Assembly: GCA_043822385.1 (NCBI GenBank)
Contig: JBDRBT010000015.1
Span: forward strand, 749-64,748
Length of the DNA stretch: 64,000 bases
Reading direction: 5' to 3'
Source of the DNA: Candidatus Micrarchaeota archaeon
GTDB lineage: Archaea > Micrarchaeota > Micrarchaeia > Norongarragalinales > Norongarragalinaceae
Numbering within the stretch: the first letter of the stretch is position 1; each line of letters begins with the position of its first letter. The position numbers were made by a program, and so were the translations under genes. Shown one piece after another: positions 9,813-18,616 of this stretch. The notes under the pieces are model-generated. The model worked only from the letters and a program-made list of their open reading frames with translations, was not told the DNA's origin and ran no database searches.

Positions 9813-9856
9813 TCGTTGTAGTGCTTATTTATATTGCGGGATCCAACTTTTTATTA

Positions 9857-10270
9857 ATGCAGACAGGGATTAAAGTAGGAGACGTAATGAAGACGTTCTT
9901 AATAACGATTAGCGCAGAAAAAAGCATTTACGACGCTGCTTGCTTGATGAAAGAAAAAAAAGTGGGCAGCGTTTTAATCGAAAAAAACGGCGTAATAACT
10001 GCAATAGCAACTCAAGGAGACTTGGTGAACAAGGCTCTAGCAGTAAAGCAGTTGGATTTAACAATTGAAAAAATTGCGAGCAAGCCGTTAGTAATGATTA
10101 GTCCTGAAGCGGACTTGAGTGAAGCCGCAGGATTAATGGGTAAAAAAAAGATTAAGCGCTTATTGGTTGGTAAGGAACGTAAAGTCGTGGGAATAATTTC
10201 TTCAACGGATATTATTCGAGTTTCTCCTTCTTTGTATGACCTGATTCTAAGCAAGCACGACTTACAGTAA
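9857..10270 (+). CDS. CBS-domain pair protein
   Basis: MQTGIKVGDVMKTFLITI... and a second CBS repeat (PLVMISPEADLSEAAGLM...GIISSTDII). The track start at 9761 adds a non-protein-like leader, so the start is moved to ATG 9857. Confidence 0.75.
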   Translation: MQTGIKVGDVMKTFLITISAEKSIYDAACLMKEKKVGSVLIEKNGVITAIATQGDLVNKALAVKQLDLTIEKIASKPLVMISPEADLSEAAGLMGKKKIKRLLVGKERKVVGIISSTDIIRVSPSLYDLILSKHDLQ

Positions 10271-10362
10271 AACGACTGTGTGGTTAGTGTTAATCCGCTG
10301 GTGGATGACCCTTCTGATTTCAAATGAGGTTGGGAGCAACAACTAGCGAGTTACACCCATAA

Positions 10363-10761
10363 ATGAAAGTGGTTATAGTGAAACCTTTCGAGAAAAAACA
10401 ATTATTGGATAAAGTCTTGAAACGACTTTCAGGCAAAACTGTTTTAGTGGAAGGCAAGCGCGACGCGCAAGCAATAACTGCTTTGTGTGAGGACGCGGTA
10501 GTTGTCTTGGCTTTAGGTAAAGCTGACGTGGTATTGAAGAAAATACCTGGAAAAAACGCGGTTTTGTTGTTTGATTTTGACAAAGAAGGTTTGCGCAAGA
10601 AATCGTTTTTCAAAGTTTTTTTGGAGGAAAACGGTTTCCGTGTTGATACTGTAACTGCTTTGCGGTTAAGAAGCGCTTTAGGTTTCTTGTTCGTGGAAGA
10701 CGCGTTCAGGAAGTACGAAGAGTTGCTTGAAGAATTGAATGAGGTAGATAGAAATGGCTAA
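10363..10761 (+). CDS. Small Toprim-domain protein (COG1658-like)
   Basis: 132 aa. VLVEGKRDAQAI and LLFDFDKEG acidic Toprim motifs. Overlaps the dnaG start by 8 nt. Confidence 0.5.
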   Translation: MKVVIVKPFEKKQLLDKVLKRLSGKTVLVEGKRDAQAITALCEDAVVVLALGKADVVLKKIPGKNAVLLFDFDKEGLRKKSFFKVFLEENGFRVDTVTALRLRSALGFLFVEDAFRKYEELLEELNEVDRNG

Positions 10762-12031
10762 AACGTACATTGATACTGTAAAATACTTAATTAAAGCAAA
10801 TTTTGAGATAGATGGATTAGTTGAAAAACCAGATATTGTCGGCGCAGTATTCGGTCAAACTGAAGGCTTGTTGGGTGACGAGTTGGATTTGCGCGAACTG
10901 CAAAAAAACGGCAGAATTGGTCGCATTGAGGTTGATTCCCAGAATCGAAGCGGCAAGACGGTGGGAACTATTCTAGTTCCATCTAGTTTAGACATGGTTG
11001 AAACTAGTATTCTAGCAGCTGGGCTTGAAGTAGTGGATAGAGTGGGTCCTTGCGAAGCTAGAATTCAAGTTACTAGAATTGAAGATTCACGAAACTTAAA
11101 GAGAAGACAAGTGCTGATTAGAGCTAAAAACTTGTTGAAGACTATGATTGTTGAGGAATTACCCGAAAGCAAGGAATTAAGCGAGTTGGTTCGTGATGAA
11201 CTAAAGACTTCAGATGTAATAGCGTACGGTGAAGACAAGTTAACTGCGGGTTCGGGTGTAGATTCGAACGACTCAATTATTGTTGTTGAAGGCAGGGCTG
11301 ATGTTTTGAATTTGTTGAAAAACAATTTCACTAACGTTATTGCTGTTGGCGGCGCAAAAATTAGTCCAACCATAATCAAGATCTGCAGGCAGAAGGAAAC
11401 CACGGTTTTCTTGGATGGAGATAGGGGCGGCGACATTATTTTGAAGGAATTACTGGATGCTACGGATATTGATTTCATTGCGCGTGCTCCCTCTGGCTTG
11501 GAAGTTGAAGAATTAGGCAGAAAAGAATTGATTAAAGCTTTACGCAGGAAGGTTCCAGTAGAGCAAGCGGACGCATTACAAAACGGAAATAAGGAAAGGC
11601 GCGATAGGTTTGATAGGCCGAATAAGTTCCAAAGGCCAGCGTTTTCGCGGCCTTCTTTCCAGCGAAGCGAGTCATTCCAACCAAAACCTGAAGTATTACC
11701 TAGGCAAGACGCGCCTGCTTTTGAAGTAACGCAAGAAGTAGATGAAGAAAAAGCAGGTCCTTTGAAGGCTTCTTTGAAGGAATTAGAGGGTTCTTTGAAG
11801 GCTAGGTTGTTGAATGAGGATGGTTCAATAAAAGTTGAAGTGCCTATTCGTGAAATAATGCGTTCGTTAAGTGAGCAAGAAAACATTTACGCGGTTGTTT
11901 TGGACGGCATTGTTACGCAGCGATTAGTTGATTTAGCTAGCCAGAAGAACGCTAAGTTCGTTGTGGGAATTAGGAGCGGTAATGTTTCACGCAAGCCCCC
12001 TGAATTGTCAGTAATCTTGCTTGAGAGCTAA
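10754..12031 (+). CDS. dnaG: Archaeal DnaG primase/exosome-associated Toprim protein
   Basis: YLIKANFEIDGLVEKPDIVGAVFGQTEGLLG N-terminus, Toprim IIVVEGRADV and FLDGDRGGD. Confidence 0.9.
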   Translation: MAKTYIDTVKYLIKANFEIDGLVEKPDIVGAVFGQTEGLLGDELDLRELQKNGRIGRIEVDSQNRSGKTVGTILVPSSLDMVETSILAAGLEVVDRVGPCEARIQVTRIEDSRNLKRRQVLIRAKNLLKTMIVEELPESKELSELVRDELKTSDVIAYGEDKLTAGSGVDSNDSIIVVEGRADVLNLLKNNFTNVIAVGGAKISPTIIKICRQKETTVFLDGDRGGDIILKELLDATDIDFIARAPSGLEVEELGRKELIKALRRKVPVEQADALQNGNKERRDRFDRPNKFQRPAFSRPSFQRSESFQPKPEVLPRQDAPAFEVTQEVDEEKAGPLKASLKELEGSLKARLLNEDGSIKVEVPIREIMRSLSEQENIYAVVLDGIVTQRLVDLASQKNAKFVVGIRSGNVSRKPPELSVILLES

Positions 12032-12079
12032 ATTCCTTCTTCCTCTTTCTTTTTATTTCCCCTTTTCTTTATTGTTTTC

Positions 12080-12403
12080 GTGAAAACTTTTATTCAATCT
12101 ATTTCAAAACAAAAACACGTTGTACACGCTACTTTTACTCGAGAAGGCGTGCCGGCTGTTCACTTGAAGAAAATTCCTTTTTACCGCTTAAAGAGAGTTT
12201 GTGATAATCAGGGTTTGGTTGTTTACAGCATTGACGACCGGCGTCACCACCACCTTTACATTAGGAATTCTGACGGCGAATTAATTGCTACTTTAATTAA
12301 TAATGACTTGATTTTGTTGCCTAAAAACTTGAGGAACAAGCAAGAAGCATTCGAGTTAATTAACACTCTTGTTAATTACCGTGAAGGAAAGAAAACTCGT
12401 TGA
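12080..12403 (+). CDS. Hypothetical protein
   Basis: 107-aa ORF, GTG start, no recognisable motif. Confidence 0.3.
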   Translation: MKTFIQSISKQKHVVHATFTREGVPAVHLKKIPFYRLKRVCDNQGLVVYSIDDRRHHHLYIRNSDGELIATLINNDLILLPKNLRNKQEAFELINTLVNYREGKKTR

Positions 12404-12445
12404 ATAAACGCAAAACAATTAATACTTTGCAACCTAGTTTAGTTA

Positions 12446-13876
12446 ATGGCCTTCTTAACTAAAGACTGGACTACTCGCGATGTAGTTATTCCAAACAATC
12501 CGTTAGAGCAAGTAATAGGCCAGGCTGAAGCGGTTACTATAGCTAAACTAGCTTCTTCCCAGAGAAGGCACTTGTTGTTAGTTGGTCCTCCTGGAATAGG
12601 AAAGTCAATGCTTGCTCAAGCAGTTGCTTTTAGTTTACCCACGCCTACTCAAGAAATTTCTGTTTTGCATAATCCTGAGAATCCAGAGCGTCCTTTTATT
12701 GAAGTGCGTACTAAAGAGCAAGCTGAAAAAGAAAGCAAGTTGTTTGACAAGATTCAAGGTCCGGTTTGCAGTCCAAAGGAGGTTCCTGCTTTTGTTGCTG
12801 AAAAACTTGGTTTTCGTTGTCCTTCGTGCGCAAAACTAAGTCGTTCTACTTTACGGGGTTGCCCTTATTGTGGTACGAATAAGAGGAAATCCAGAGAGTA
12901 CACTCGAATTTTAGGCGAGTATTCCGATGATAAAATAATTAAGTCAGTGCAAACTACGCGTTTGCTTGATGACGGCCGGGAAGAAATAATGGTTTACGAG
13001 GTAGTTGGAGAAAAAATTCGTGTTTTAGACCAAAAAGCTCTTGAAACAATAGAGAAATTTAAGCGGCAGAAACCTCGTAAAATACTTGTTCCTTTTGATC
13101 GAAATACTTTCATTATTGCTACTGGCGCTTCTGAAACAGAATTATTAGGTGATGTAAGGCACGATCCTTACGGCGGGCACCAGGGGCTTGGTACTCTGCC
13201 TTATTCTCGAACTGTAGCTGGTTCTGTTCACGATGCTCACGAGGGCGTGTTGTTTATTGACGAGTTGTCTTCCTTGCAGTATGTTCAAAGGTACTTGTTT
13301 ACTGCAATGCAAGAAAAAAAATATCCTATTGTAGGCAGGAATCCTCAGAGTGCTGGTTCTAGTGTTCGAGTTGAAGGCGTGCCTTGCGATTTTGTTTTGA
13401 TTGCCGCGTCTAATATTAATGATTTGCACCAGATTTTGCCGCCTTTGCGTTCTAGAATTATTGGCAATGGTTATGAAGTGTTGTTAGACACTTTCATGCC
13501 TGATTCAAAGGAAAACTGTAACAAGCTCGTACAGTTTATTGCTCAGGAAGTAATTAAGGATGGAAAAATTCCTCATTGCGCTTCTAGTGCTGTAGAAGAA
13601 ATTATTGAGCAAGCTAGAGTGAAAGCAAAGAAGTTTGACGGGGAAGAAAACGCTTTGACGCTTCGCTTGCGTGAGTTAAGTGGCGTGCTTCGCTTGGCTG
13701 GTGACTTGGCTGTTTTGGAAGAATCTAAATTAATTACTGGCGATTTAGTTAGGGACTCATTAAAGCGTGGGCGAGCTATTGAAGAACAACTGCAAGAAAA
13801 ATACGGGTCTCTTTGGAAAGCTGGCTTGAGTGAAGTAAACAAGGAAGAAAGAAGAGAACAAAAAGAAGTAAGTTAA
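12446..13876 (+). CDS. LonB-like AAA+ ATPase lacking the protease domain and membrane insertion; carries a zinc-ribbon insert
   Basis: Follows the LonB pattern: GQAEAV..QRRHLLLVGPPGIGKSML, LLGDVRHDPYGG, VLFIDEL, AMQEKKYPI, LRSRI, PHCASSAVEEII, LTLRLRELSGVLRLAGD. It stops where the Ser-Lys protease domain should begin. CPSC..x12..CPYC sits in the Walker A/B insert. Confidence 0.7.
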   Translation: MAFLTKDWTTRDVVIPNNPLEQVIGQAEAVTIAKLASSQRRHLLLVGPPGIGKSMLAQAVAFSLPTPTQEISVLHNPENPERPFIEVRTKEQAEKESKLFDKIQGPVCSPKEVPAFVAEKLGFRCPSCAKLSRSTLRGCPYCGTNKRKSREYTRILGEYSDDKIIKSVQTTRLLDDGREEIMVYEVVGEKIRVLDQKALETIEKFKRQKPRKILVPFDRNTFIIATGASETELLGDVRHDPYGGHQGLGTLPYSRTVAGSVHDAHEGVLFIDELSSLQYVQRYLFTAMQEKKYPIVGRNPQSAGSSVRVEGVPCDFVLIAASNINDLHQILPPLRSRIIGNGYEVLLDTFMPDSKENCNKLVQFIAQEVIKDGKIPHCASSAVEEIIEQARVKAKKFDGEENALTLRLRELSGVLRLAGDLAVLEESKLITGDLVRDSLKRGRAIEEQLQEKYGSLWKAGLSEVNKEERREQKEVS

Positions 13877-13878
13877 AT

Positions 13879-14307
13879 TTACCTCTTCTTTTTAGTGTGT
13901 GCTAGTACTTTTTTAATCAAGTTTTGGTGGTGTGTGCTTACTTTTTGTTCGTATTCTTCTATTGGAACTATTACTCTACCGCTCTGGTAAATAACGAATG
14001 CAACGAATGCTATTCCTAACCAGAACAAGAAGGTTGCTACTGGCCCTAACATTACGCCTAGGAAATCTTCATTAGTGAATGTTGAACTCACGAAGTCTGA
14101 ATTAATGCTCCAACCAAACAATTGCCCTACTAATTGAGGGTTAAGCATTGCTGCGCGAGCTTTTTCTACTGTAACGAAAATATTGTAAGCGCTTTCAGCT
14201 ACTTTCAATACTGCTCCTAGCGTAAAGAATGCGCCTACTAGCTTGAGTAAGTGCAAGTTTTTTCCGCCTATTCTGAGCCAAAAAATTCTGTGAACCATTA
14301 ACCTCAC
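13879..14307 (-). CDS. Hypothetical membrane protein
   Basis: 142 aa with two clear hydrophobic helices. Confidence 0.4.
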   Translation of the reverse strand: MRLMVHRIFWLRIGGKNLHLLKLVGAFFTLGAVLKVAESAYNIFVTVEKARAAMLNPQLVGQLFGWSINSDFVSSTFTNEDFLGVMLGPVATFLFWLGIAFVAFVIYQSGRVIVPIEEYEQKVSTHHQNLIKKVLAHTKKKR

Positions 14308-14403
14308 CTTTAATTCATTACCGGAAACACCTATATAAAAGCTAATTTCTTCTTTACCGGTAAGTTAAAAATGTTTTGAACGCAAGATATTCTTTATCTT
14401 AAT

Positions 14404-14509
14404 GGGCTTGTAGTCGAGTGACTTTTTTTTAGTTTTACTAATGAAGAGCTCGAAGCAAGACGTTCCCTTGACGTGGGAAAGACCTGGAGTTCGATTCTCC
14501 ACAGGCCCA
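14404..14509 (+). tRNA. tRNA-Val (anticodon GAC) interrupted by a D-loop intron
   Basis: Acceptor GGGCTTG/CAGGCCC+A, anticodon arm TTCCC-TTGACGT-GGGAA, T arm TGGAG-TTCGATT-CTCCA. The D-loop is 34 nt too long. Spliced product is 72 nt with D-loop AGTGGCA. Confidence 0.8.
14421..14454 (+). other. BHB-type tRNA intron at a non-canonical D-loop position
   Basis: Central 4-bp helix CGAG(14415-18)/CTCG(14449-52). 3-nt bulges TGA(14419-21) and AAG(14453-55). Inner helix CTTTTT(14422-27)/GAAGAG(14443-48). Cutting after the 2nd bulge nt restores a canonical D-loop. Confidence 0.65.
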
Positions 14510-14555
14510 TTAAAGAAGTTTAATAATTCTTTTTGTAGAATTATTTTTTTGTTTC

Positions 14556-14629
14556 GTCACAGTAGCTCAGTCTGGGAGAGCGATCGGCTGAAGACCGATC
14601 GGCCGGGAGTTCAAATCTCCCCTGTGACA
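14556..14629 (+). tRNA. tRNA-Phe (anticodon GAA)
   Basis: Cloverleaf GTCACAG-TA-GCTC..GAGC-G-ATCGG-CTGAAGA-CCGAT-CGGCC-GGGAG-TTCAAAT-CTCCC-CTGTGAC-A. Confidence 0.9.
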
Positions 14630-14681
14630 TTCTTTTTGATTTACGGCACTTCTTTATTTACTGCCTCATTATTTTTTAGTA

Positions 14682-16220
14682 ATGAAGCGCTTACTGTTCT
14701 TGCTTTTGTTTGTTTCTTCTGTGCTCGCGGTTTCGCTTGGGCCAAAGGATTTGCAGCACTCTATTGTTTCAATGAATTTGACTTGGTCTCTTGCTGGGGA
14801 GGGTCGCGGGGTTTTCAAGACTTTTTCTTTCCCTGAAACGAGTCAACAAAAAATAAGTTTGAATTCCGATTACTCTTTTTCTGTTCAAGAAGGTTTTTCT
14901 AGTAATGAATATTTAGTTTTTAGTTTTGATGGGCGTACGGAAATTACTTTACGTGTTCTTGCTGACGTGGATTATTCTCGTTCGCCTAGCAAGGTAGTTG
15001 ACGCGAGTGCTTTTTCTGGCGAGAGTGATTTGGTTTTGTTTGATTCTAGTATTTCTAGTACTGCTGCTTCAATAGTAGCGGGGGTTGGGAGTGATTTAGA
15101 GAAAACGGTTTTGTTGACTGCGTGGGTTCACAAGTACTTAACGTACGACGAGTCTTTTTGGGGTGAAAACAAGGATTCGATAACTGTTTTTAACGAGCGT
15201 AAGGGTGTTTGTGTTGAGTACTCTCACTTATTGCTTGCTTTGTTGCGTAGCCAAGGTATTCCTGCTCGCTTGGTTGCGGGGTGGGTTTATTCTGGGGAAG
15301 AATGGAATACGCATGCTTGGGTTGAGGCTGCTGTGAATGGTGAGTGGGTTCCTTTGGATGCGACTTTTAATGAAGCAGTGTTGCTTGATGCTAGCCATAT
15401 TGCTTTTGCTTTCGGTAGAGACCAGGATGACATTAAAGGCGAGTTGACTAAGGGTTTTTCTTCTGAAAGAACTGAAAGCGTTTCGATTGTTTCTAATGAG
15501 AACTGGAGTTTTTTCGAGGTTGGTTTTAGTGATTTTCCGGTAGATGCTGGTTCTGAATCAATTATAGTGGTTAAAACGCGTTTGTTTAATGCTGTTAATC
15601 GCGCGTTTGCTTTACCCGTTTCTTTAATCGTGCCTAGTTCACCACCTGAGTTGGCTGTGAGTGTTTTGAGTGATTCTGAAGAACTAGTTTTCTTGAAGCC
15701 TGGAGAAGAAAAAATTGTTTCATTCAAAGCGAAATTACCTAGTTTGGAGGAAGGGTATAATTATAATTTTAGTTTTGGTTTGAAGTCTCTTGGTTTTTTT
15801 GAGTCAAAGGTGTTGTCTGCTTCTGTTTTGGGTTCTTCAAACGCGTTGAGAGAGATTGACGTGTCTAGTGTTGATTACGAGGTTTCTTTGACTGAAGCTA
15901 AGATTATTGTTGGCTTGAAGAATTACTTTAACGAGAGTGTTTCAGGCACTGCTGAATTGTCTTTTTCTAATGAATCTAAACAATTCGTTATTCCGGCGGG
16001 TGGTTCAATTAATTTGGTTTTTTCTATTCCTTTTGATTCAGGGGTTAATGGAGAGTTGTCCGTAACTGCTTTAGGCAAGACGTTGCGGAAGCCCGTGATT
16101 TTAGAGTCTCCTCCTGCTTCAGTGATTGAAGAAAGCGAGTTTGATAACTGGGCGTTTTACGCAATTCTTTTAATATTGTTGTTGGCAGTATTATTGTTGC
16201 TGAAACGATTTTTGTTTTAA
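14682..16220 (+). CDS. Secreted transglutaminase-like domain protein with C-terminal membrane anchor
   Basis: Signal peptide MKRLLFLLLFVSSVLA. Cys-His-Asp core GVCVEYSHLLLALLRSQGIPARLVAGW..HAWVE..DAT. C-terminal TM AFYAILLILLLAVLLLL. Confidence 0.75.
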   Translation: MKRLLFLLLFVSSVLAVSLGPKDLQHSIVSMNLTWSLAGEGRGVFKTFSFPETSQQKISLNSDYSFSVQEGFSSNEYLVFSFDGRTEITLRVLADVDYSRSPSKVVDASAFSGESDLVLFDSSISSTAASIVAGVGSDLEKTVLLTAWVHKYLTYDESFWGENKDSITVFNERKGVCVEYSHLLLALLRSQGIPARLVAGWVYSGEEWNTHAWVEAAVNGEWVPLDATFNEAVLLDASHIAFAFGRDQDDIKGELTKGFSSERTESVSIVSNENWSFFEVGFSDFPVDAGSESIIVVKTRLFNAVNRAFALPVSLIVPSSPPELAVSVLSDSEELVFLKPGEEKIVSFKAKLPSLEEGYNYNFSFGLKSLGFFESKVLSASVLGSSNALREIDVSSVDYEVSLTEAKIIVGLKNYFNESVSGTAELSFSNESKQFVIPAGGSINLVFSIPFDSGVNGELSVTALGKTLRKPVILESPPASVIEESEFDNWAFYAILLILLLAVLLLLKRFLF

Positions 16221-16230
16221 TGGACTTTAC

Positions 16231-16303
16231 GCGGCGGTCGTTCAGTCTGGTAGGACTTTAGGTTGCCAATCTAAAAACCCGGGTTCAAATCCCGGCCGCC
16301 GCA
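16231..16303 (+). tRNA. tRNA-Gly (anticodon GCC)
   Basis: GCGGCGG acceptor, anticodon arm TTAGG-TTGCCAA-TCTAA, T arm CCGGG-TTCAAAT-CCCGG, CCGCCGC-A. Confidence 0.9.
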
Positions 16304-16402
16304 CTTTTATTTAAAAAAAATTGATAACATGGTACGCTTGCAAGAATGGCAAAACGAAGTGTTTAGTACGTTTGATAATACACGCTTAGCGAGGAATCAG
16401 TC

Positions 16403-17116
16403 ATGAAGTTCGTCATTGATGAAAAGGTTTTTCAGAAATTTTCGTCTTTGAATATCGGCGTAATTGTAGCAAGAGACATAAGCAATGTGGGTAATCTAGA
16501 GGAAGTTCAACAACAATTGAGGGTAATAGAAAACGAAGTTAGGGCAAACAATACTGTTGAAGCTTTATCTCAAAACCCTAAAATCGACATTTGGAGAAAA
16601 GCGTACTCTTCTTTTGGAGCAAAACCTAAAAAGAATAAATCCTCTGTTGAAAATCTTTATAGCTTAGTTTTACGAGGCGTAAATTTGAGTCATATCAATA
16701 ACTTGGTTGATGTTTACAATTTCATTTCGCTTAAGCATATGGTTCCGGTTGGTGGTGAGGATATTGATAAACTTCAGGGGGATGTTGTTTTGATGTTTGC
16801 GGAATCAAATGAGCCCGCAGTTTTACTTCTTGGCGATAAAGAACCGAGCCCGCCTCATGCTGGAGAAGTTATTTACAAGGATGAGGTTTCCGCGATATGC
16901 CGGAGATGGAATTGGCGAGAAGCTGACCGGACAAAACTTACGGAAGAAACAAAAAATTGCATTTTAGTTATTGAGGGCCTTTCACCAGTAACGAAACGCG
17001 ATATTGAATCCGTAACGATTGAACTTAAAGAGCTAGTTCAAAAATTTTGCGGTGGAAACTTAACTTATAAAATTCTTGATGAAACTCAGCCCGAAATGAA
17101 ACTCGACGGAGTCTAA
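16403..17116 (+). CDS. B3/B4 tRNA-binding domain protein (PheRS-beta B3_4-like, COG3382)
   Basis: 237 aa. DIWRKAYSSFGAKP..., NNLVDVYNFISLKHMVPVGGEDIDKL pattern of stand-alone B3/4 proteins. Confidence 0.6.
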   Translation: MKFVIDEKVFQKFSSLNIGVIVARDISNVGNLEEVQQQLRVIENEVRANNTVEALSQNPKIDIWRKAYSSFGAKPKKNKSSVENLYSLVLRGVNLSHINNLVDVYNFISLKHMVPVGGEDIDKLQGDVVLMFAESNEPAVLLLGDKEPSPPHAGEVIYKDEVSAICRRWNWREADRTKLTEETKNCILVIEGLSPVTKRDIESVTIELKELVQKFCGGNLTYKILDETQPEMKLDGV

Positions 17117-17117
17117 T

Positions 17118-17873
17118 ATGGTTAAAAACATTTTGAAGAAATCTTTTGGAAAAATAAGTGAGTTGTATGACGAAGTTAGGTTGGACTATCCTGAAGAACT
17201 TATTCTTGATGTTATAGCCATGTCCAATCTTTCGCCTAAAGCAAAAATATTGGAGGTAGGAATTGGAACTGGAAAGGCAACAAAAGCTTTTGCTGAAAAA
17301 GGCTATAACCTAACTGCTCTGGATGTTGATAAAGCGCAAATACTCGTTGCAAAAAAGAATCTTTTAGAGTTTTCAAGCATTGAGTACGTTGTTTGTGCTT
17401 TTGAAGATTATTTGCCGAGAAATAAGTTCGATTTGGTTTTTGCGGCGCAGACTTTTCATTGGATTAAACCCGAACTAAGACACAAAAAAGTTCATGTTTG
17501 CCTTAAAATTGGGGGGTATCTGGCTGTTTTCTCTAATTTTCCGTCAGCAACTACAAAATTGGAGTTTGAAATGAGGAAATTATATGCAGAATGCCCTGGT
17601 TTCAATAAAGTTGATTACGCGACGTTGAACGTTCTTCAGGAACAACTTGAAAACTCTGGTTTTTTTGAAAAAGTAGAAAGAAGAATGTACAAGCGAGATA
17701 TTGTTTACACTAGAGAAAAATACTTAGGGTTAGTGAATAGTTTTTCATGGATTTCGACTTTGCCTGAATTAAAAAAAGAATTACTTTTTGAAAAGGTGAA
17801 TGAATTATTAGGCGATAATGTTTCTTTGTTGGTACCGACTGAATCGATATTGTTACTGGCTAAAAACAAGTAA
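17118..17873 (+). CDS. Class I SAM-dependent methyltransferase
   Basis: Motif I ILEVGIGTGKAT and post-I LTALDVD; FDLVFAAQTFHW. Confidence 0.75.
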   Translation: MVKNILKKSFGKISELYDEVRLDYPEELILDVIAMSNLSPKAKILEVGIGTGKATKAFAEKGYNLTALDVDKAQILVAKKNLLEFSSIEYVVCAFEDYLPRNKFDLVFAAQTFHWIKPELRHKKVHVCLKIGGYLAVFSNFPSATTKLEFEMRKLYAECPGFNKVDYATLNVLQEQLENSGFFEKVERRMYKRDIVYTREKYLGLVNSFSWISTLPELKKELLFEKVNELLGDNVSLLVPTESILLLAKNK

Positions 17874-17907
17874 GCTTAAGTTGAAGTTGATTAGTATTAT
17901 TTGTTAG

Positions 17908-18285
17908 GTGGGTTTGATGGGTAGTGTTTTCGAGTTTAATGATACGTTGCAGTTGACTATTGAACAAGGTTTTCCTAGAGAATTAGTGTTGGAAAAACAC
18001 TTGGTTAATTCGTTTAAGGCTAGTGATTTTGCTGGGAAAGTGTTTTCTTTCAAGGACAAGCAAGGCTTGCGTGTTTTTCACTCGGCGCCTACTCGCGTGT
18101 TTTTAGTTCACAACATAAACGGTAAACGGTTGTATTGGGGTCATTGCCACATTATTGAGCAAACTATTCATGCGGAAGCTAATACTACTTCAGGAAAATT
18201 CATTATAATTAAGCTTTATTCACCTGAACACCAGAAAGCAATGAGCGTGAATGAAGTTGATTCGGGGAAAGAGTTTTTCGAGTGA
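17908..18285 (+). CDS. Hypothetical protein
   Basis: 125-aa ORF with no overlaps; no motif recognised. Confidence 0.35.
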   Translation: MGLMGSVFEFNDTLQLTIEQGFPRELVLEKHLVNSFKASDFAGKVFSFKDKQGLRVFHSAPTRVFLVHNINGKRLYWGHCHIIEQTIHAEANTTSGKFIIIKLYSPEHQKAMSVNEVDSGKEFFE

Positions 18286-18305
18286 AAGCTGGTTGGTGTT
18301 TTTGA

Positions 18306-18566
18306 ATGAGGATTGAAAAAAAGTGTTGGCCCGCGTTTTTCGAGAAGGTTTTTAGTGGTGAAAAAACTTTCGAGTTGCGTTTAGCTGATTTTGAGTGCAA
18401 TTCTGGCGACGTTTTAGTTTTGCGCGAGTGGAATCCTGAAACTAAAGAGTATTCCGGGCGGGTTATAGAGAAAACTGTTGGTTTTGTTGTTAAGACTAAG
18501 GACGTTCGCTTTTTTTCGAAGGAAGATGTTGATAAATACGGTTTTCAAGTTATTTCCTTCAAGTAA
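18306..18566 (+). CDS. ASCH/DUF3850-like small RNA-binding-fold protein
   Basis: 86 aa. CWPAFFEKVFSGEKTFELRLADF...GDVLVLREW pattern. Confidence 0.55.
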   Translation: MRIEKKCWPAFFEKVFSGEKTFELRLADFECNSGDVLVLREWNPETKEYSGRVIEKTVGFVVKTKDVRFFSKEDVDKYGFQVISFK

Positions 18567-18616
18567 AACTATCATTAAAAATTAGTTTGTTTTATACTAT
18601 CATAGGGTGAAATGTT

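Noticed and set aside
9761-9856. N-terminal extension (MASVGAQSLWWLRSS...) of the CBS-domain ORF
   Set aside because: It has a non-protein-like composition and overlaps the GC-rich structured region and its T-run. The CBS domain begins at the internal ATG 9857.
11065-11886. 273-aa minus-strand ORF
   Set aside because: It is fully antisense to the well-supported dnaG gene and Ser/Phe-rich with no motifs, typical of a shadow ORF.
14441-14836. 131-aa plus-strand ORF
   Set aside because: It starts inside the tRNA-Val intron, reads through tRNA-Val and tRNA-Phe, and overlaps the real signal-peptide start at 14682 in another frame.
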